Source: Bacteroidota bacterium (GTDB taxonomy: Bacteria; Bacteroidota; Bacteroidia; CAIKAF01). From it: a stretch of DNA of 64,000 bases. Shown here piece after piece: positions 29,501-39,175 of this stretch (position 1 is its first letter; the number at the start of each line of letters is the position of its first letter). The notes under the pieces were generated by a model. The model did not search any database, was not told where the DNA came from, and saw only the letters and a list, made by a program, of their open reading frames with translations. A program made the position numbers and the translations under genes. The stretch lies in the NCBI GenBank assembly GCA_023432985.1, contig JAEZEQ010000062.1:69907-133906 (forward strand), read 5' to 3'.

Positions 29501-29636
29501 GACAACAAGTACCCGTTTTCCCTACCCAGTTTGTAAAATTATTCATGGTAAAGTCGGAGTTCGGACAGGTACTCTGACCATAGCTCAACCCGCTCCATGA
29601 CATAATAAAACCTGCAATAAGTAAAAATTTCTTCAT
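26511..29636 (-). CDS. giant secreted protein paralog: same N-terminal domain, PKD-like repeats, T9SS type B C-terminal domain
   Basis: 1041 aa with a signal peptide (MKKFLLIAGFIMSWSGLSYGQ). The N-terminal ~280 aa (QSTCPNSDFTMNNFTNWVGKTGTCCP...YAYVVAECRPMKL) is collinear with gene 1 and conserves all of its cysteines. WDFGDGN-type PKD-like repeats follow. The C-terminus HVIYLPNTITMNEDNINEIFTIYGTNI...DTYSYKLIYST is a type B CTD. Confidence 0.8.
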   Translation of the reverse strand: MKKFLLIAGFIMSWSGLSYGQSTCPNSDFTMNNFTNWVGKTGTCCPISLPTTGIVNGRHTIMTGAGMDPNTANQVPVVCPGYTFSARLGNSSTSRQAESLSYQIFVQPDSSNALFFYNYAVVLQDPSHTPADQPRFELQVRDQYNNIIPCTEYIVTAGQNIPGFQSNGSIRYKNWESVGVDLSPFIGQNVTIELRTGDCDLGAHYGYAYVVAECRPMKLSVSYCFGSNTAVLTAPPGFASYIWSDGTVGPTTSVLNPTPGQMLTCTLISVSGCNAQLVAELNQTVITPDFADTVVCHNASFMDSSTVIFGINDQWDWDFGDGNTGTGQFPTHVYATGGFYDVELVVTSDNGCKDSIMKTIEVIDVPTASFTAPQVCGNEWDFINTSIGNDSIISVEWRFGDNTTDTTFNGNYTYPDPNISGVWTYDVELLVTNENNCSDSMTVPIVLHDIPKADYNYTAIICEGSLASFTDSSFVGNENLASWEWDFGDGNNSTQEDPAHIYTTNGLYPVELIVTSDNGCKDTISYTIDVGKVPLADFPLPDACGVLIQYADSSEDYGQPITDWHWDFGDGSTSTDQHPSHLFPANGQYTVELIVTNSSSCADTVSKVVTAYDKPVADFSFDSACPFQEIDMFDQSSAIYDVISDWEWTLAPGVTVNTQNTSYIYDTAGYIPVTLSVGTAFGCRDTITKNIYVYEFPNSDFALDPVCHGFISSFQNLSTIDTGSINSYSYDMSQAGLGVSNSPAPNVTFPNWGQFPVTLTTVSNYGCIDSITKTIRVYANPEASFTIAPVNGCSPLTSQFTNTSTIPEGQIVDNYWDLEMGSSNDLHTSFTYGTGLYTISLLVTSNFGCKDSITQIDAIEVYPDPVAMLSSNPKSNSVIEPSFQFLNESTGYSNSVWQFGDGTMSYENNPFHIYPNDYVGHYDVGLLVTNEYGCVDTTSGRVYVYDDHVIYLPNTITMNEDNINEIFTIYGTNIVEAELLVFSRWGEKVAHVKGWQLDKLVWNGLGTNGNLLKQDTYSYKLIYSTKSGKVFDKLGHINVIR

Positions 29637-29703
29637 CTGTATTCACATATTTCGAATAAACAAATATACCTTTGCAAAATCAAAATTCCAAAAAAAAGTT
29701 AAA

Positions 29704-30039
29704 ATGTTTTCATTTTTAAATTTTCATAAGGACCCAAATGATAAAAACAGATATGTGTTTTATTTCAAGGATACCAATACAGCTACGGATTTCAAACAAC
29801 TTTGCGAAGAATATTCCATCCCATTTAAAAAATTAACAGATCCTCAAAAACCGGATATTTTTTATTTTTCTTTTCACAAATCCGACTTTGAGGATGCCCA
29901 ACGCCTAAATGCCGATGCCATGGGTAAAAATCCCAAAAGTTTTTTACCCGATAAAACCTTGCGTATTTTCACCTTAAGTATCTTTTTTATAATGCTTGCT
30001 TTAGCCATTGTGGGATATTTGGTAAGTAAATTCGGCTAA
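29704..30039 (+). CDS. hypothetical protein with C-terminal transmembrane anchor
   Basis: 111 aa with a hydrophobic C-terminal segment (IFTLSIFFIMLALAIVGYLV). It is divergent from adhesin-like gene 2. The call rests on ORF and codon usage only. Confidence 0.35.
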   Translation: MFSFLNFHKDPNDKNRYVFYFKDTNTATDFKQLCEEYSIPFKKLTDPQKPDIFYFSFHKSDFEDAQRLNADAMGKNPKSFLPDKTLRIFTLSIFFIMLALAIVGYLVSKFG

Positions 30040-30115
30040 TTTCTGCACAATGCTCTGCTCATAATTTGCATTTTCATTCTCTACTTCTCTCTTCTTTAAA
30101 TAGTACTTTCATGCT

Positions 30116-31480
30116 ATGAAAGAAAAAATTCATTTTATAGCCATTGGAGGAAGCGCCATGCACAGTTTGGCTTTGGCATTGCATCAGGACGGATATCGCA
30201 TTAGCGGAAGTGATGACGAAATATTCGATCCGGCAAAAAGCAGACTTTCGGAGGCGGGCATACTCCCTCCCGAAACCGGATGGTTCCCCGAAAAACTGGA
30301 TGCAAAACCCGACCTGGTTATCCTGGGTATGCATGCCAAAAAAGATAATCCCGAATTATTGCGCGCCCAAGAATTGCATATTCCTATATATAGTTATCCC
30401 GAATTTCTGCACAGAGCTTTTTCGGAAAAAAACCGAATTGTCATCGGAGGCAGTCATGGAAAAACCACCATCACATCCATGATTATGCATATCATGCACT
30501 TTTTCGGAAAGGAAATGGACTTTATGGTAGGTGCTCAATTAAAAGGTATTGAAAATCCCGTCAAAATAAGCTCGGCCCCTATTGCCATTATTGAAGGCGA
30601 TGAATACCTCACCTCTCCGATTGATCCCCGTCCCAAATTTCACCTCTACAAACCCCATATTGCTCTTATAAGCGGAATAGCCTGGGACCATATCAATGTC
30701 TTCCCAAGTTTCGAAAATTATGTAGAACAATTTGCCATTTTTATTCAAAGTATTGAAAAAGACGGAGTTTTATTTTACAACGCCGAAGATCCGCATGTGC
30801 TCGATCTGATTTCGAAAAATTCCCGAACAGATATTTCCTGCATTCCTTATAGTACGCCTTCTTATATTCAAAAGGAAAAGGATGCCGAATTGCAGTTGGG
30901 TGAAAAATCCATACGCATGCATATTTTCGGCCGGCATAATTTCCTGAATGCCGCAGGTGCAGTTGCCATTTGCAGTCTGCTCGGTATCCCGGAAGCCGAT
31001 TGTTGGGAAGCTTTATCTTCCTTTGAAGGCGCCGCAAAAAGGCTGGAATTATTATATGAAAAAAACGGACGATCTGTGTATAAAGACTTCGCCCATGCTC
31101 CATCCAAATTGCAATCGACCCTTAAAGCTTTTCTGGAAAAAACAGGAAAAGCACTCCCTTGTTTCGAATTGCATACCTATAGCAGTTTGAATAAAGATTT
31201 TTTGCCACAGTACAAACATAGCATGAACGACGCCGAAGAGGCCGTTGTCTTTTTCAGTCCCCACGCCCTATCCCTAAAACGTCTCGATAGTCTTAGTCCC
31301 ACCGAAGTTGCTCAAGCTTTTGCACATCCCAGGCTGCATATTTTCACACAGGCCGAGGATTTAAAAAACTTCATTTTATCGCGTCGATCTGATTATGCAC
31401 ATGTATTAATGATGAGTTCGGGCAATTGGGACGGATTAAATCTGGAGGAATTGGCTCAGGATTTCGTAGAAATGACATAA
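30116..31480 (+). CDS. mpl: UDP-N-acetylmuramate:L-alanyl-gamma-D-glutamyl-meso-diaminopimelate ligase
   Basis: 454 aa. The N-terminus HFIAIGGSAMHSLALALHQDGYRISGSD and the Mur ligase central GSHGKTT P-loop are typical of Mpl. Confidence 0.85.
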   Translation: MKEKIHFIAIGGSAMHSLALALHQDGYRISGSDDEIFDPAKSRLSEAGILPPETGWFPEKLDAKPDLVILGMHAKKDNPELLRAQELHIPIYSYPEFLHRAFSEKNRIVIGGSHGKTTITSMIMHIMHFFGKEMDFMVGAQLKGIENPVKISSAPIAIIEGDEYLTSPIDPRPKFHLYKPHIALISGIAWDHINVFPSFENYVEQFAIFIQSIEKDGVLFYNAEDPHVLDLISKNSRTDISCIPYSTPSYIQKEKDAELQLGEKSIRMHIFGRHNFLNAAGAVAICSLLGIPEADCWEALSSFEGAAKRLELLYEKNGRSVYKDFAHAPSKLQSTLKAFLEKTGKALPCFELHTYSSLNKDFLPQYKHSMNDAEEAVVFFSPHALSLKRLDSLSPTEVAQAFAHPRLHIFTQAEDLKNFILSRRSDYAHVLMMSSGNWDGLNLEELAQDFVEMT

Positions 31481-31503
31481 AAAAAGCCGGAATAAATCCG
31501 GCT
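31476..31503 (-). terminator. terminator hairpin after menB (minus strand)
   Basis: Stem agccgga / tccggct with loop ataaa is followed by a T-run on the minus strand (A-run 31476-31485). It lies between the convergent mpl and menB. Confidence 0.55.
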
Positions 31504-31510
31504 AAATCTA

Positions 31511-32326
31511 TTATGGGAAAAGAGGATATTTCCCGAAATCGGGATCTCTTTTTTCGAGAAAGGCTTTTTTTCCTTCTTGTGCTTCTTCCATTAAATAATA
31601 CATCAATGTGGCATCACCGGCAAATTCCATTATTCCGGTTTGTCCGTCCAATTCGGCGTTGAGTCCCCTCTTTATCATACGTAGAGCCAAAGGCGATCTT
31701 TTCATAATGGTTTTACACCATTCTACGGTTGTATTTTCCAGTTCTTCCAAAGAAACTACTTTATTCACCATTCCCATTTCTTCTGCTTCTTTAGCTGTAT
31801 ACTGATTGCATAAAAACCAAATTTCCCTTGCTTTTTTCTGACCTACATGGCGGGCCAAATAAGAAGATCCAAATCCGGCATCAAAACTGCCAACCTTAGG
31901 TCCGGTTTGCCCGAAGCGCGCATTCTCGGAAGCTATGGTCAAATCGCAAACGACGTGAAGTACATGTCCTCCACCTATGGCATATCCATTCACCATGGCT
32001 ATAACCGGCTTGGGAAGTGAGCGTATTTTCTTGTGTAAATCCAATACATTCAAACGAGGCACACCATCTTCTCCTACATATCCGCCCACGCCTTTCACGT
32101 TTTGATCTCCACCGCTGCAGAATGCTTTATCGCCGGCACCGGTAAGCACCACCACACGAATATCCTGTCTTTCGCGGCAAATATCAAATGCTTCCAACAT
32201 CTGAATATTTGTCTCGGGTCTAAAGGCATTATATACCTGAGGACGGTTTATGGTAACTTTTGCTATTCCTTCAAAAAATTCGAATCGTATATCGCTATAC
32301 TCTTTAATTGTTTGCCAATTTCTCAT
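31511..32326 (-). CDS. menB: 1,4-dihydroxy-2-naphthoyl-CoA synthase
   Basis: 271 aa, crotonase fold. [24 protein letters not shown]...[17 protein letters not shown] matches MenB. Confidence 0.9.
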   Translation of the reverse strand: MRNWQTIKEYSDIRFEFFEGIAKVTINRPQVYNAFRPETNIQMLEAFDICRERQDIRVVVLTGAGDKAFCSGGDQNVKGVGGYVGEDGVPRLNVLDLHKKIRSLPKPVIAMVNGYAIGGGHVLHVVCDLTIASENARFGQTGPKVGSFDAGFGSSYLARHVGQKKAREIWFLCNQYTAKEAEEMGMVNKVVSLEELENTTVEWCKTIMKRSPLALRMIKRGLNAELDGQTGIMEFAGDATLMYYLMEEAQEGKKAFLEKRDPDFGKYPLFP

Positions 32327-32327
32327 T

Positions 32328-33974
32328 TTATTTTTTGTGTATTAATTCTATCCATTGTTTATATGCCAAACCATTATTTTCGGCATCGGTAAATATTTCG
32401 AGAATGGAGGCCGCTTTGTTATTCCAAAAATCGGATAAACGGGCTGTGAGTTCTTCTCCGTTTCGGGCACAAAAATAATCCATTTTACTTCGAATTGCAA
32501 CGGCCTCGGTATGTGTATAACAAGGCGTTTCGAAATGAGGCATCCATTCTTTTTTTTTGTTTGGCCCTTCAATCAGCCGAAAAATTCCGCCCCCATTATT
32601 ATTGAATACAACCACTTTGAAACCGGGTTTTACATACCCATTCCAAAAAGCATTTACATCGTAATGAAAAGCCAAATCACCGCATACATACAATACCTGA
32701 TCTTCTGTAGCTTGCGAAAATCCAACGGCCGTACTTCCCGATCCGTCAATGCCGCTCACTCCCCTGTTCACCCATATTTGGCAATCGTGAGGAATAAAAG
32801 ATTCGAGAAATTGCACATAACGAATGGCCATACTATTGGCTACATGCACCTGCATTTTGCGGGGAACACTTCTCAATAATTTGGCATAGGCCCAAACATC
32901 CGAAAAAGGAAGTGTGGGTATTTCCCGATCGAATCTATGTTGCAAGGCTTGACCAAGCTCCTGCCAACGCAGTTGAAAATCGGATTCTTCGGGCACTAAA
33001 TTTTCCAGAAGTCTGTGCACAAAGTCTATATCCGCCTCGCAATATACTCCCTTAAACTTGCCGTAGGTATTTATCTCACGCCCCTGTATATCGACGTGGT
33101 AATGTGCTATATCCTTAGATTTTTGTATGGTATTTTTCCATATTTTAGACACTATACCCTTTCCAAAACTAAATAGGATATCGGGAATATATCTAGAATC
33201 GCCGTCGGCATGACGCACATATTCATTCAAATTGCGCAGACTGTTTTCTTTGGGCAAATTGGAAATAGCTTCGCCTACTACAACAAGTTGCGGATAGGCC
33301 TTGCAGGCAGATATTATGGCTTCCCACCTTTCATCCTCCTTGGTTTGTCCGACCAGCAGCATTATCCGCTTCCCTTTCAAATCGGGCAATGGACGCATTT
33401 CGCCCTTGGTCTTTTCGGGAAAAGTAAAAGTAGAAAGAATATGGGGATTAAGTTCGTCGAGTGCGTAAAGAGGTTCGTCGAACTGAAAATTGACATGAAC
33501 GGGACCAAAAGGGAGTTTCGTTAAGGCCGTTTTAATTTCCGATAAGGCATGTATCACTTCCTTTTCATTGGCAAAATCGGCATTCAGGTTTACGCTGTGT
33601 CGAATATAATTTTTATATACCTCGTGTTGATTGATGGCTTGTCCATCTTGGTGGCCGATTTTATAGGCAGGCCTATCGGCTGTGAGAGCCAGCAAAGGCA
33701 CATCAGAATAAAAAGCTTCTGCCAGTGCTGGGGCATAATTGAGTACGGCCGAACCACTGGTACAAATCATAGCCACCGCTTCTCCTGAAGCCAAAGACAA
33801 ACCCAGGGCAAAAAATGCGGCACTGCGTTCGTCTATAATTTGATAACATTCCATACCGGGATGCTCTGTAAACGCAATAGTCAGAGGCGCACAGCGACTA
33901 CCGGGAGAGAGTACGATTTTACGTACTCCTGCCTGAAACAAATATGCCGCTATTTCACGTATACCTTTTTTCAT
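32328..33974 (-). CDS. menD: 2-succinyl-5-enolpyruvyl-6-hydroxy-3-cyclohexene-1-carboxylate synthase
   Basis: 548 aa TPP enzyme. The N-terminus [19 protein letters not shown]...LLALTADRP matches MenD. It is 1 nt from menB. Confidence 0.9.
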   Translation of the reverse strand: MKKGIREIAAYLFQAGVRKIVLSPGSRCAPLTIAFTEHPGMECYQIIDERSAAFFALGLSLASGEAVAMICTSGSAVLNYAPALAEAFYSDVPLLALTADRPAYKIGHQDGQAINQHEVYKNYIRHSVNLNADFANEKEVIHALSEIKTALTKLPFGPVHVNFQFDEPLYALDELNPHILSTFTFPEKTKGEMRPLPDLKGKRIMLLVGQTKEDERWEAIISACKAYPQLVVVGEAISNLPKENSLRNLNEYVRHADGDSRYIPDILFSFGKGIVSKIWKNTIQKSKDIAHYHVDIQGREINTYGKFKGVYCEADIDFVHRLLENLVPEESDFQLRWQELGQALQHRFDREIPTLPFSDVWAYAKLLRSVPRKMQVHVANSMAIRYVQFLESFIPHDCQIWVNRGVSGIDGSGSTAVGFSQATEDQVLYVCGDLAFHYDVNAFWNGYVKPGFKVVVFNNNGGGIFRLIEGPNKKKEWMPHFETPCYTHTEAVAIRSKMDYFCARNGEELTARLSDFWNNKAASILEIFTDAENNGLAYKQWIELIHKK

Positions 33975-35006
33975 TTAGTACAAAAATGCCGATAATATTT
34001 TGCATTTATTCTCTGTCTCCACCCATTCTTTATTGGGGTCACTTCCTTGGGTAATTCCGGCTCCGGCGAAATACAAAATCCCATTATCATAAATTCGCGC
34101 CGTTCTTAATTGAACAAAAGTTTGCAAATTCTGTCCCTCGCCTATGCCCAAGAAACCGGCATACATTTCCCGTTTAAAGCTTTCCTTTTCCTCAATAAAC
34201 TGCAAGGATATTTCTTTTGGCAATCCGCCTACAGCCGGCGTAGGATGCAATTCTGCTGCCAATTTCTCTATAGAAAGTTCCTCCGGTAAATCGGCATAAA
34301 AAACTGTTTTCAAATGTTGAATACTTTGTAAATTCAAGCTCACCGGTCCTTCTGCACGTATATTTGATAATCCGAAATTTTTCCAAACCTCATTTATATA
34401 AGTGCTGACTAAGGCCTGCTCATCCAATTCCTTTGCACCCCATTCTTGCTCACTTTCATTCATTTTACGGGTACCGGCAAGAGACATAGACTCTATTCTA
34501 TTCCCATTTTTTTGCAAGAACAATTCGGGTGTTGCCGTAATCCAGCATCCGGTACGTGCACTATAATACATGCAAATAAAAGAATTCGGATAGGCTTCTG
34601 CCAAACGACAAAAAACCTGATTCCAATTCAGATTCTGTTTATATACTTCGAACAAAGTACGCGCTGCCACAACCTTCCGAAAGCCTTGCAATGCAATCTG
34701 ATTTCGAGCTTCCTCCACAAAAGAAATAAAGTTCTCTTTTGTTTGACGGGAATCTGTATAATTTCCTAATTTTGAAACAATAGGCCATTCCCCAACTTCC
34801 GTAATCCTATATTTTTTTTCTTCCAAAATAGGAAAATATAAAAACTGTGGATCTTTCCAAAAATCGAATGCTTGTGCGGTAAAATACTTAACTGAAGGCA
34901 TATGAGGGCTTGGCATTCCTAATTCAGCCACATAATAATGCGTATCTCCGGGTAGTTTATACCGGCAAAAAGCACCTTCTTCATTATGGGAATTCCCGTT
35001 TTGCAT
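33975..35006 (-). CDS. menF: isochorismate synthase (menaquinone-specific)
   Basis: 343 aa chorismate-binding fold with C-terminal GFLGIGEGQNLQTFVQLRTARI...YFAGAGI. The start abuts menD. Confidence 0.8.
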   Translation of the reverse strand: MQNGNSHNEEGAFCRYKLPGDTHYYVAELGMPSPHMPSVKYFTAQAFDFWKDPQFLYFPILEEKKYRITEVGEWPIVSKLGNYTDSRQTKENFISFVEEARNQIALQGFRKVVAARTLFEVYKQNLNWNQVFCRLAEAYPNSFICMYYSARTGCWITATPELFLQKNGNRIESMSLAGTRKMNESEQEWGAKELDEQALVSTYINEVWKNFGLSNIRAEGPVSLNLQSIQHLKTVFYADLPEELSIEKLAAELHPTPAVGGLPKEISLQFIEEKESFKREMYAGFLGIGEGQNLQTFVQLRTARIYDNGILYFAGAGITQGSDPNKEWVETENKCKILSAFLY

Positions 35007-35210
35007 TACTCCACGAAAATAGTAATAAACCGATACATTCCCTATAATTTATCGGTGTATAATTTTTATATATAAATGTAAAAAAAAATGCCTCATTCCA
35101 TTTCCATCTGCATTATATCGATTTATAAGTCAGACACAAAATGGGAAAACAAATAGGCACAATATGGACTTAATCTTTTTCGTTTGCAGGGAGAATTGTA
35201 CCTTTCGCTT

Positions 35211-36170
35211 ATGAAAAACCTGTTTATTTCCATCCTATTCTTTGCTCTTTCGCATGGCCTGCAGGCACAGGCGGACACCCTCTTTTTCAGTTTCGCCTAT
35301 GGTTCGGCCGAACTGCCTGAAGCTTTGAGAAAGACGGATTGGTCTCCATATTACAATTGCCATATCCATGCCTACAGCAGTGGTCCGGGAAGCGAGCCTT
35401 TTAATCGCCAATTGAGCAAACAAAGAGCTGATAAAACAGGCGCCTGGCTGGGCAGGCAGTATCCGAATATGCGCTTACAGATTCAGTATTTCGGCGATGC
35501 CCATAATCCCGACGATGCAGACAATGCCGCACATAGAGGGGTGAAAATTATAGCTTATAGAAAAAAGGAAGAAAAAGTAAATATTCCGATTCCGAAGGAA
35601 GAAAAAGTAAGCAATCCAAAGGAAGAGAAAAGTATAGAAATAAAAGTATATGATATAATAAGCAGAGCGCTTATTTCGAATTATAGTCGGGTTAAAGAAA
35701 ACAATGGGCTGCGCATCGGAGCCGAGGGTTATAAAGACAGTCTGGTCAGCATTCCTGAATCGGGCAAACTCGATGTATACCTTACTCCACAAAACGTACA
35801 AAAGATTGTGCGCATGGAAAATCTCTTATTTTATCCCAATTCGGCCGAATTATTACCGGAAAGTAAAAGAGCTTTAGATCAATATTTAAGGGAGTTGGAT
35901 ACAGATTCCGAATTATGTTTCGAGATACATGGGCATGTCAATGCGCCCTATCAAATGCCTGTACAAAAAACGCCGGCTCAATTGCATAAATTGTCGAAAG
36001 ACAGGGCATTTACCGTATTTAATCAAATGCTAAAGAGCGGATTTCGCAAAGATAAAATGAAATTTGCCGGATACAGTAATACGCGCATGATACATCCTTA
36101 TGCAAGGACGGAAGCCGAAATGCGTTTAAATCGTAGGGTAGAAATAATCGTAAATGATTGCAAAAAATAA
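35211..36170 (+). CDS. OmpA family protein with Lys/Glu-rich repeat linker
   Basis: A signal peptide (MKNLFISILFFALSHGLQAQ) precedes a C-terminal OmpA-like domain (NSAELLPESKRALDQYL...GHVNAPY...NRRVEI). The start is taken at the ATG at 35211; the listed ORF begins at an upstream TTG. Confidence 0.75.
   Translation: MKNLFISILFFALSHGLQAQADTLFFSFAYGSAELPEALRKTDWSPYYNCHIHAYSSGPGSEPFNRQLSKQRADKTGAWLGRQYPNMRLQIQYFGDAHNPDDADNAAHRGVKIIAYRKKEEKVNIPIPKEEKVSNPKEEKSIEIKVYDIISRALISNYSRVKENNGLRIGAEGYKDSLVSIPESGKLDVYLTPQNVQKIVRMENLLFYPNSAELLPESKRALDQYLRELDTDSELCFEIHGHVNAPYQMPVQKTPAQLHKLSKDRAFTVFNQMLKSGFRKDKMKFAGYSNTRMIHPYARTEAEMRLNRRVEIIVNDCKK
35565..35634 (+). repeat. short imperfect tandem repeat (16-bp core aaggaagaaaaagtaa, 3 copies) encoding KEEKV repeats within the OmpA-family gene
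   Basis: Core copies sit at 35565, 35595 and 35619 (the third is degenerate). Confidence 0.5.
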
Positions 36171-36171
36171 A

Positions 36172-36786
36172 TCAAAACAAACCGTTTAATTCGGCCTGAA
36201 TACGTTCTACTATCTTTCCTAGATCTTCGGGATTGCTGGCAAAAGCATTATCATCAACATCGATAATCAGGAGTTTACCTTCGGTATAGGTCGAAATCCA
36301 GGATTCATATCTTTCATTCAATCGTTTCAAATAATCGAGGCGTATATTATTTTCATAATCGCGGCCACGGGATTGGATATTGCGCACCAGGGTGGGCACA
36401 GAAGCACGCAGATAAATAAGTAAATCCGGTGGAGCGATAAATTGGCTGATCAGGTGAAACATATCGAGATAGTTATTAAAATCTCGCGTACTCAGCAGAC
36501 CCATTCCATTTAGGTTGGGAGCAAAAATCTGAGCGTCTTCATAAATAGTACGATCCTGAATTACATCCTTTCCGCTTTTCCTAAAATCAACAATTTGATT
36601 AAAACGATTTTTCAAAAAGAAAATTTGCAGGTTAAAACTCCAGCGTTGCATATCTTCATAAAAATCGTTGAGATAGGGATTATCGTCTACATCTTCGTAA
36701 TGCGCTTCCCAATTAAACTGTTTAGCCAAAAGGCCAGTCAGTGTTGTTTTTCCCGATCCGATATTTCCTGCTACTGCGATATGCAT
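36172..36786 (-). CDS. deoxynucleoside kinase
   Basis: 204 aa with a P-loop AVAGNIGSGKTT and dNK/dGK family collinearity (..YEDMQRWSFNLQIFF.., ..DRTIYED..). Confidence 0.85.
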   Translation of the reverse strand: MHIAVAGNIGSGKTTLTGLLAKQFNWEAHYEDVDDNPYLNDFYEDMQRWSFNLQIFFLKNRFNQIVDFRKSGKDVIQDRTIYEDAQIFAPNLNGMGLLSTRDFNNYLDMFHLISQFIAPPDLLIYLRASVPTLVRNIQSRGRDYENNIRLDYLKRLNERYESWISTYTEGKLLIIDVDDNAFASNPEDLGKIVERIQAELNGLF

Positions 36787-36820
36787 AATATGAAAGTTTA
36801 TATAAGGTGAACGAAGATAA

Positions 36821-37624
36821 TTAATTTTCTATGGAATACACAGCCACTTTTTCATTCGCTAAAATGACGAGGCGGTTTCGGTTAACATCGAATGCATCGA
36901 TTTCATCAAAAGGCAATAATAAAGCCTGCTCTGTAAAAGACAGTAAATCAAATGCGTGCAAAAAATTCTGCTTCAGCCAATAGATTGTATTTCCATATAC
37001 TGTAAAACGATTTTCAATATCGAGGGGTATGGATTTGATAAAAGCCCCGTAGATGTCGAACAGATAAATTTTCTTATCCGATCCGAGTAGAAAAAGTCGA
37101 TTATCCTTTTCCAACATTTGTTTCATTTCCAGATTACTGTCGATAAAAGTATTCAGATTCTGCATTTTCTGCTTTTCCATAAAATTTACCGAATAGCGGG
37201 TCAAGCTGAAATCATCGCGGCTATATACCCAAACTCCCCCATCATAGGCGCTGCATAGGGCGGTAATTTGATTGTATTCGGATGCCACAAAATCAATGGG
37301 ATCTTTCAATACATTAAGAGTATTATCGAGAAAAATCAGCTTATTAAAGTCGGCATAAAAAACCGGGATACGCAATGGATTAGAGAAATCAACCGAGTGA
37401 ATTTGCCCGTAATTCATTTCGGAATATCGGGTTGCCAGGGTATCCTTATTATTGTATTTTTTAATTTCGAAATCAGAAATACTATAAATATTCATCAGAT
37501 GATCTGCGGCTACCAGTCGCACATCTTTTCCGGGAAAGCTGTATAAAAACCGAAGTTGATTTTGTGCATTAAGCTGCAAAAAAGAGAAGAAAGTAAGACC
37601 CCAAAGCAACAAAAACCTGCACAT
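36821..37624 (-). CDS. hypothetical secreted protein
   Basis: 267 aa with a signal peptide (MCRFLLLWGLTFFSFLQLNAQ) and no recognisable motif. Confidence 0.4.
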   Translation of the reverse strand: MCRFLLLWGLTFFSFLQLNAQNQLRFLYSFPGKDVRLVAADHLMNIYSISDFEIKKYNNKDTLATRYSEMNYGQIHSVDFSNPLRIPVFYADFNKLIFLDNTLNVLKDPIDFVASEYNQITALCSAYDGGVWVYSRDDFSLTRYSVNFMEKQKMQNLNTFIDSNLEMKQMLEKDNRLFLLGSDKKIYLFDIYGAFIKSIPLDIENRFTVYGNTIYWLKQNFLHAFDLLSFTEQALLLPFDEIDAFDVNRNRLVILANEKVAVYSIEN

Positions 37625-37627
37625 CAG

Positions 37628-39175
37628 CTAGACCAAATTTAAAATTTCATCCACATATTTACGGTCATTACTAAGGCGGGGCACTTTATGCTGCCCTCCC
37701 AGTTTACCTTTAGAGGCGAGCCATTTATGGAAAGTTCCTGTTTTTAATGATCTAACAATGGGGAATCGCAGGGTAAGATTTCCAACTCTTTTGGCATCAT
37801 AGTCCGAATTCAATTCCTTGAGTGTAGAATCTAAAACAGTTGCAAAAAGCTGTAAGTCAACAGGTTCATTTTCGAATTCAATGAGCCATTCATGCGCTCC
37901 TGTTCCCGACTCCGACATAAATACAGGAGCTGCGGTATAATCGACAATAGTAGCACCGCTTGCGCGACAAGCTTCATAAATAGCCTTCTCGCTATTTTCA
38001 ATCATCAGTTCCTCACCAAATGCATTGATAAAATGCTTGGTTCTTCCGGTTATTTCTATTCGGAACGGATATAAAGAGGTGAATTTCACTGTATCACCGA
38101 TCATATAGCGCCAGAGGCCGGAATTGGTCGAAATCAACATGGCATAATTAACGCCGGGTTTCACATCGAAAAGAGATATAGCGGCAGAAGGATTATCGAG
38201 TTGATCCATGGGAATAAACTCGTAAAAAATACCGTAATTCAACATGAGCAACATATCGCTGCGACCAAACTCATCCTGTATGGCAAAAAATCCTTCCGAG
38301 GCATTATAGGTTTCCAAATAAAAGAAATCATCGCGGGGAATAAGTTCGCGAAATTGCGCTTTATAAGGATCAAACTTCACGGCACCATGGGCAAACAATT
38401 CCAAATTGGGCCATATATCTAAAATAGAATCTGCTTTTTTGTATTCAATCAGCCTTTTCATCAATACCAACATCCAGGATGGAACGCCGGATATATTGGT
38501 AACATTAACTTCACTAAGTGCTTCCACCATTTTATCGAGCTTCACATTCCAATCGTCCATCAAGGCTATACTGCGTTTGGGCGTTCTATAATAATCGGCG
38601 ATCGGAGATAAATTACTCAGCAAAACTGCCGACAAATCGCCCACTTTCGAATAGGCATTGAGGTGATGCACACTTTTACTTCCACCGAGAATCATACTTT
38701 TACCGGTAAACAGTTTGGTTTGAGGCCGCTGCTGCGCATAAATGGCGAGCACGTCTTTTCCGGCTTTAAAATGATTGTCTTGCATTGCTTGCTTACTCAC
38801 AGGAATAAGCTTACTTCTGTCTTCGGCCGAACCACTGGTTTTAGCAAACCACTTCACCTCTCCCGGCCATAAAATATTCGATTTACCCAAAATCATTTGC
38901 TCAATATATCCTTTGAGCGAATCGTAATTTTGTATGGGTACATAACGGCGAAATTGCTCGTAGCTGCGAATTGAGGAAAAGCCGTATTCTCTTCCAAAAC
39001 GAGTGAACACCCCGGAGGCTATAAGCTCCCGGAAAACTCTATCCTGCATATTTTCCGGCTCTTTGTAATGGGCCTGAATAGCAGGAATACAGGTTTTTAA
39101 ATATTGTTTAATTATGGAATTCAACATACCTATTGTGGAGCAAGGTACAATATTTTTTTTTTCAAAAAAAGGCAT
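37628..39175 (-). CDS. GH3 auxin-responsive promoter family (acyl-adenylate-forming) protein
   Basis: 515 aa showing the pattern typical of bacterial GH3 homologs (..FAKTSGS..., ..YNASEGFFAIQD..). The start is ambiguous: the ATG at 39175 or the internal ATG at 39130 (MLNSII..). Confidence 0.7.
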   Translation of the reverse strand: MPFFEKKNIVPCSTIGMLNSIIKQYLKTCIPAIQAHYKEPENMQDRVFRELIASGVFTRFGREYGFSSIRSYEQFRRYVPIQNYDSLKGYIEQMILGKSNILWPGEVKWFAKTSGSAEDRSKLIPVSKQAMQDNHFKAGKDVLAIYAQQRPQTKLFTGKSMILGGSKSVHHLNAYSKVGDLSAVLLSNLSPIADYYRTPKRSIALMDDWNVKLDKMVEALSEVNVTNISGVPSWMLVLMKRLIEYKKADSILDIWPNLELFAHGAVKFDPYKAQFRELIPRDDFFYLETYNASEGFFAIQDEFGRSDMLLMLNYGIFYEFIPMDQLDNPSAAISLFDVKPGVNYAMLISTNSGLWRYMIGDTVKFTSLYPFRIEITGRTKHFINAFGEELMIENSEKAIYEACRASGATIVDYTAAPVFMSESGTGAHEWLIEFENEPVDLQLFATVLDSTLKELNSDYDAKRVGNLTLRFPIVRSLKTGTFHKWLASKGKLGGQHKVPRLSNDRKYVDEILNLV

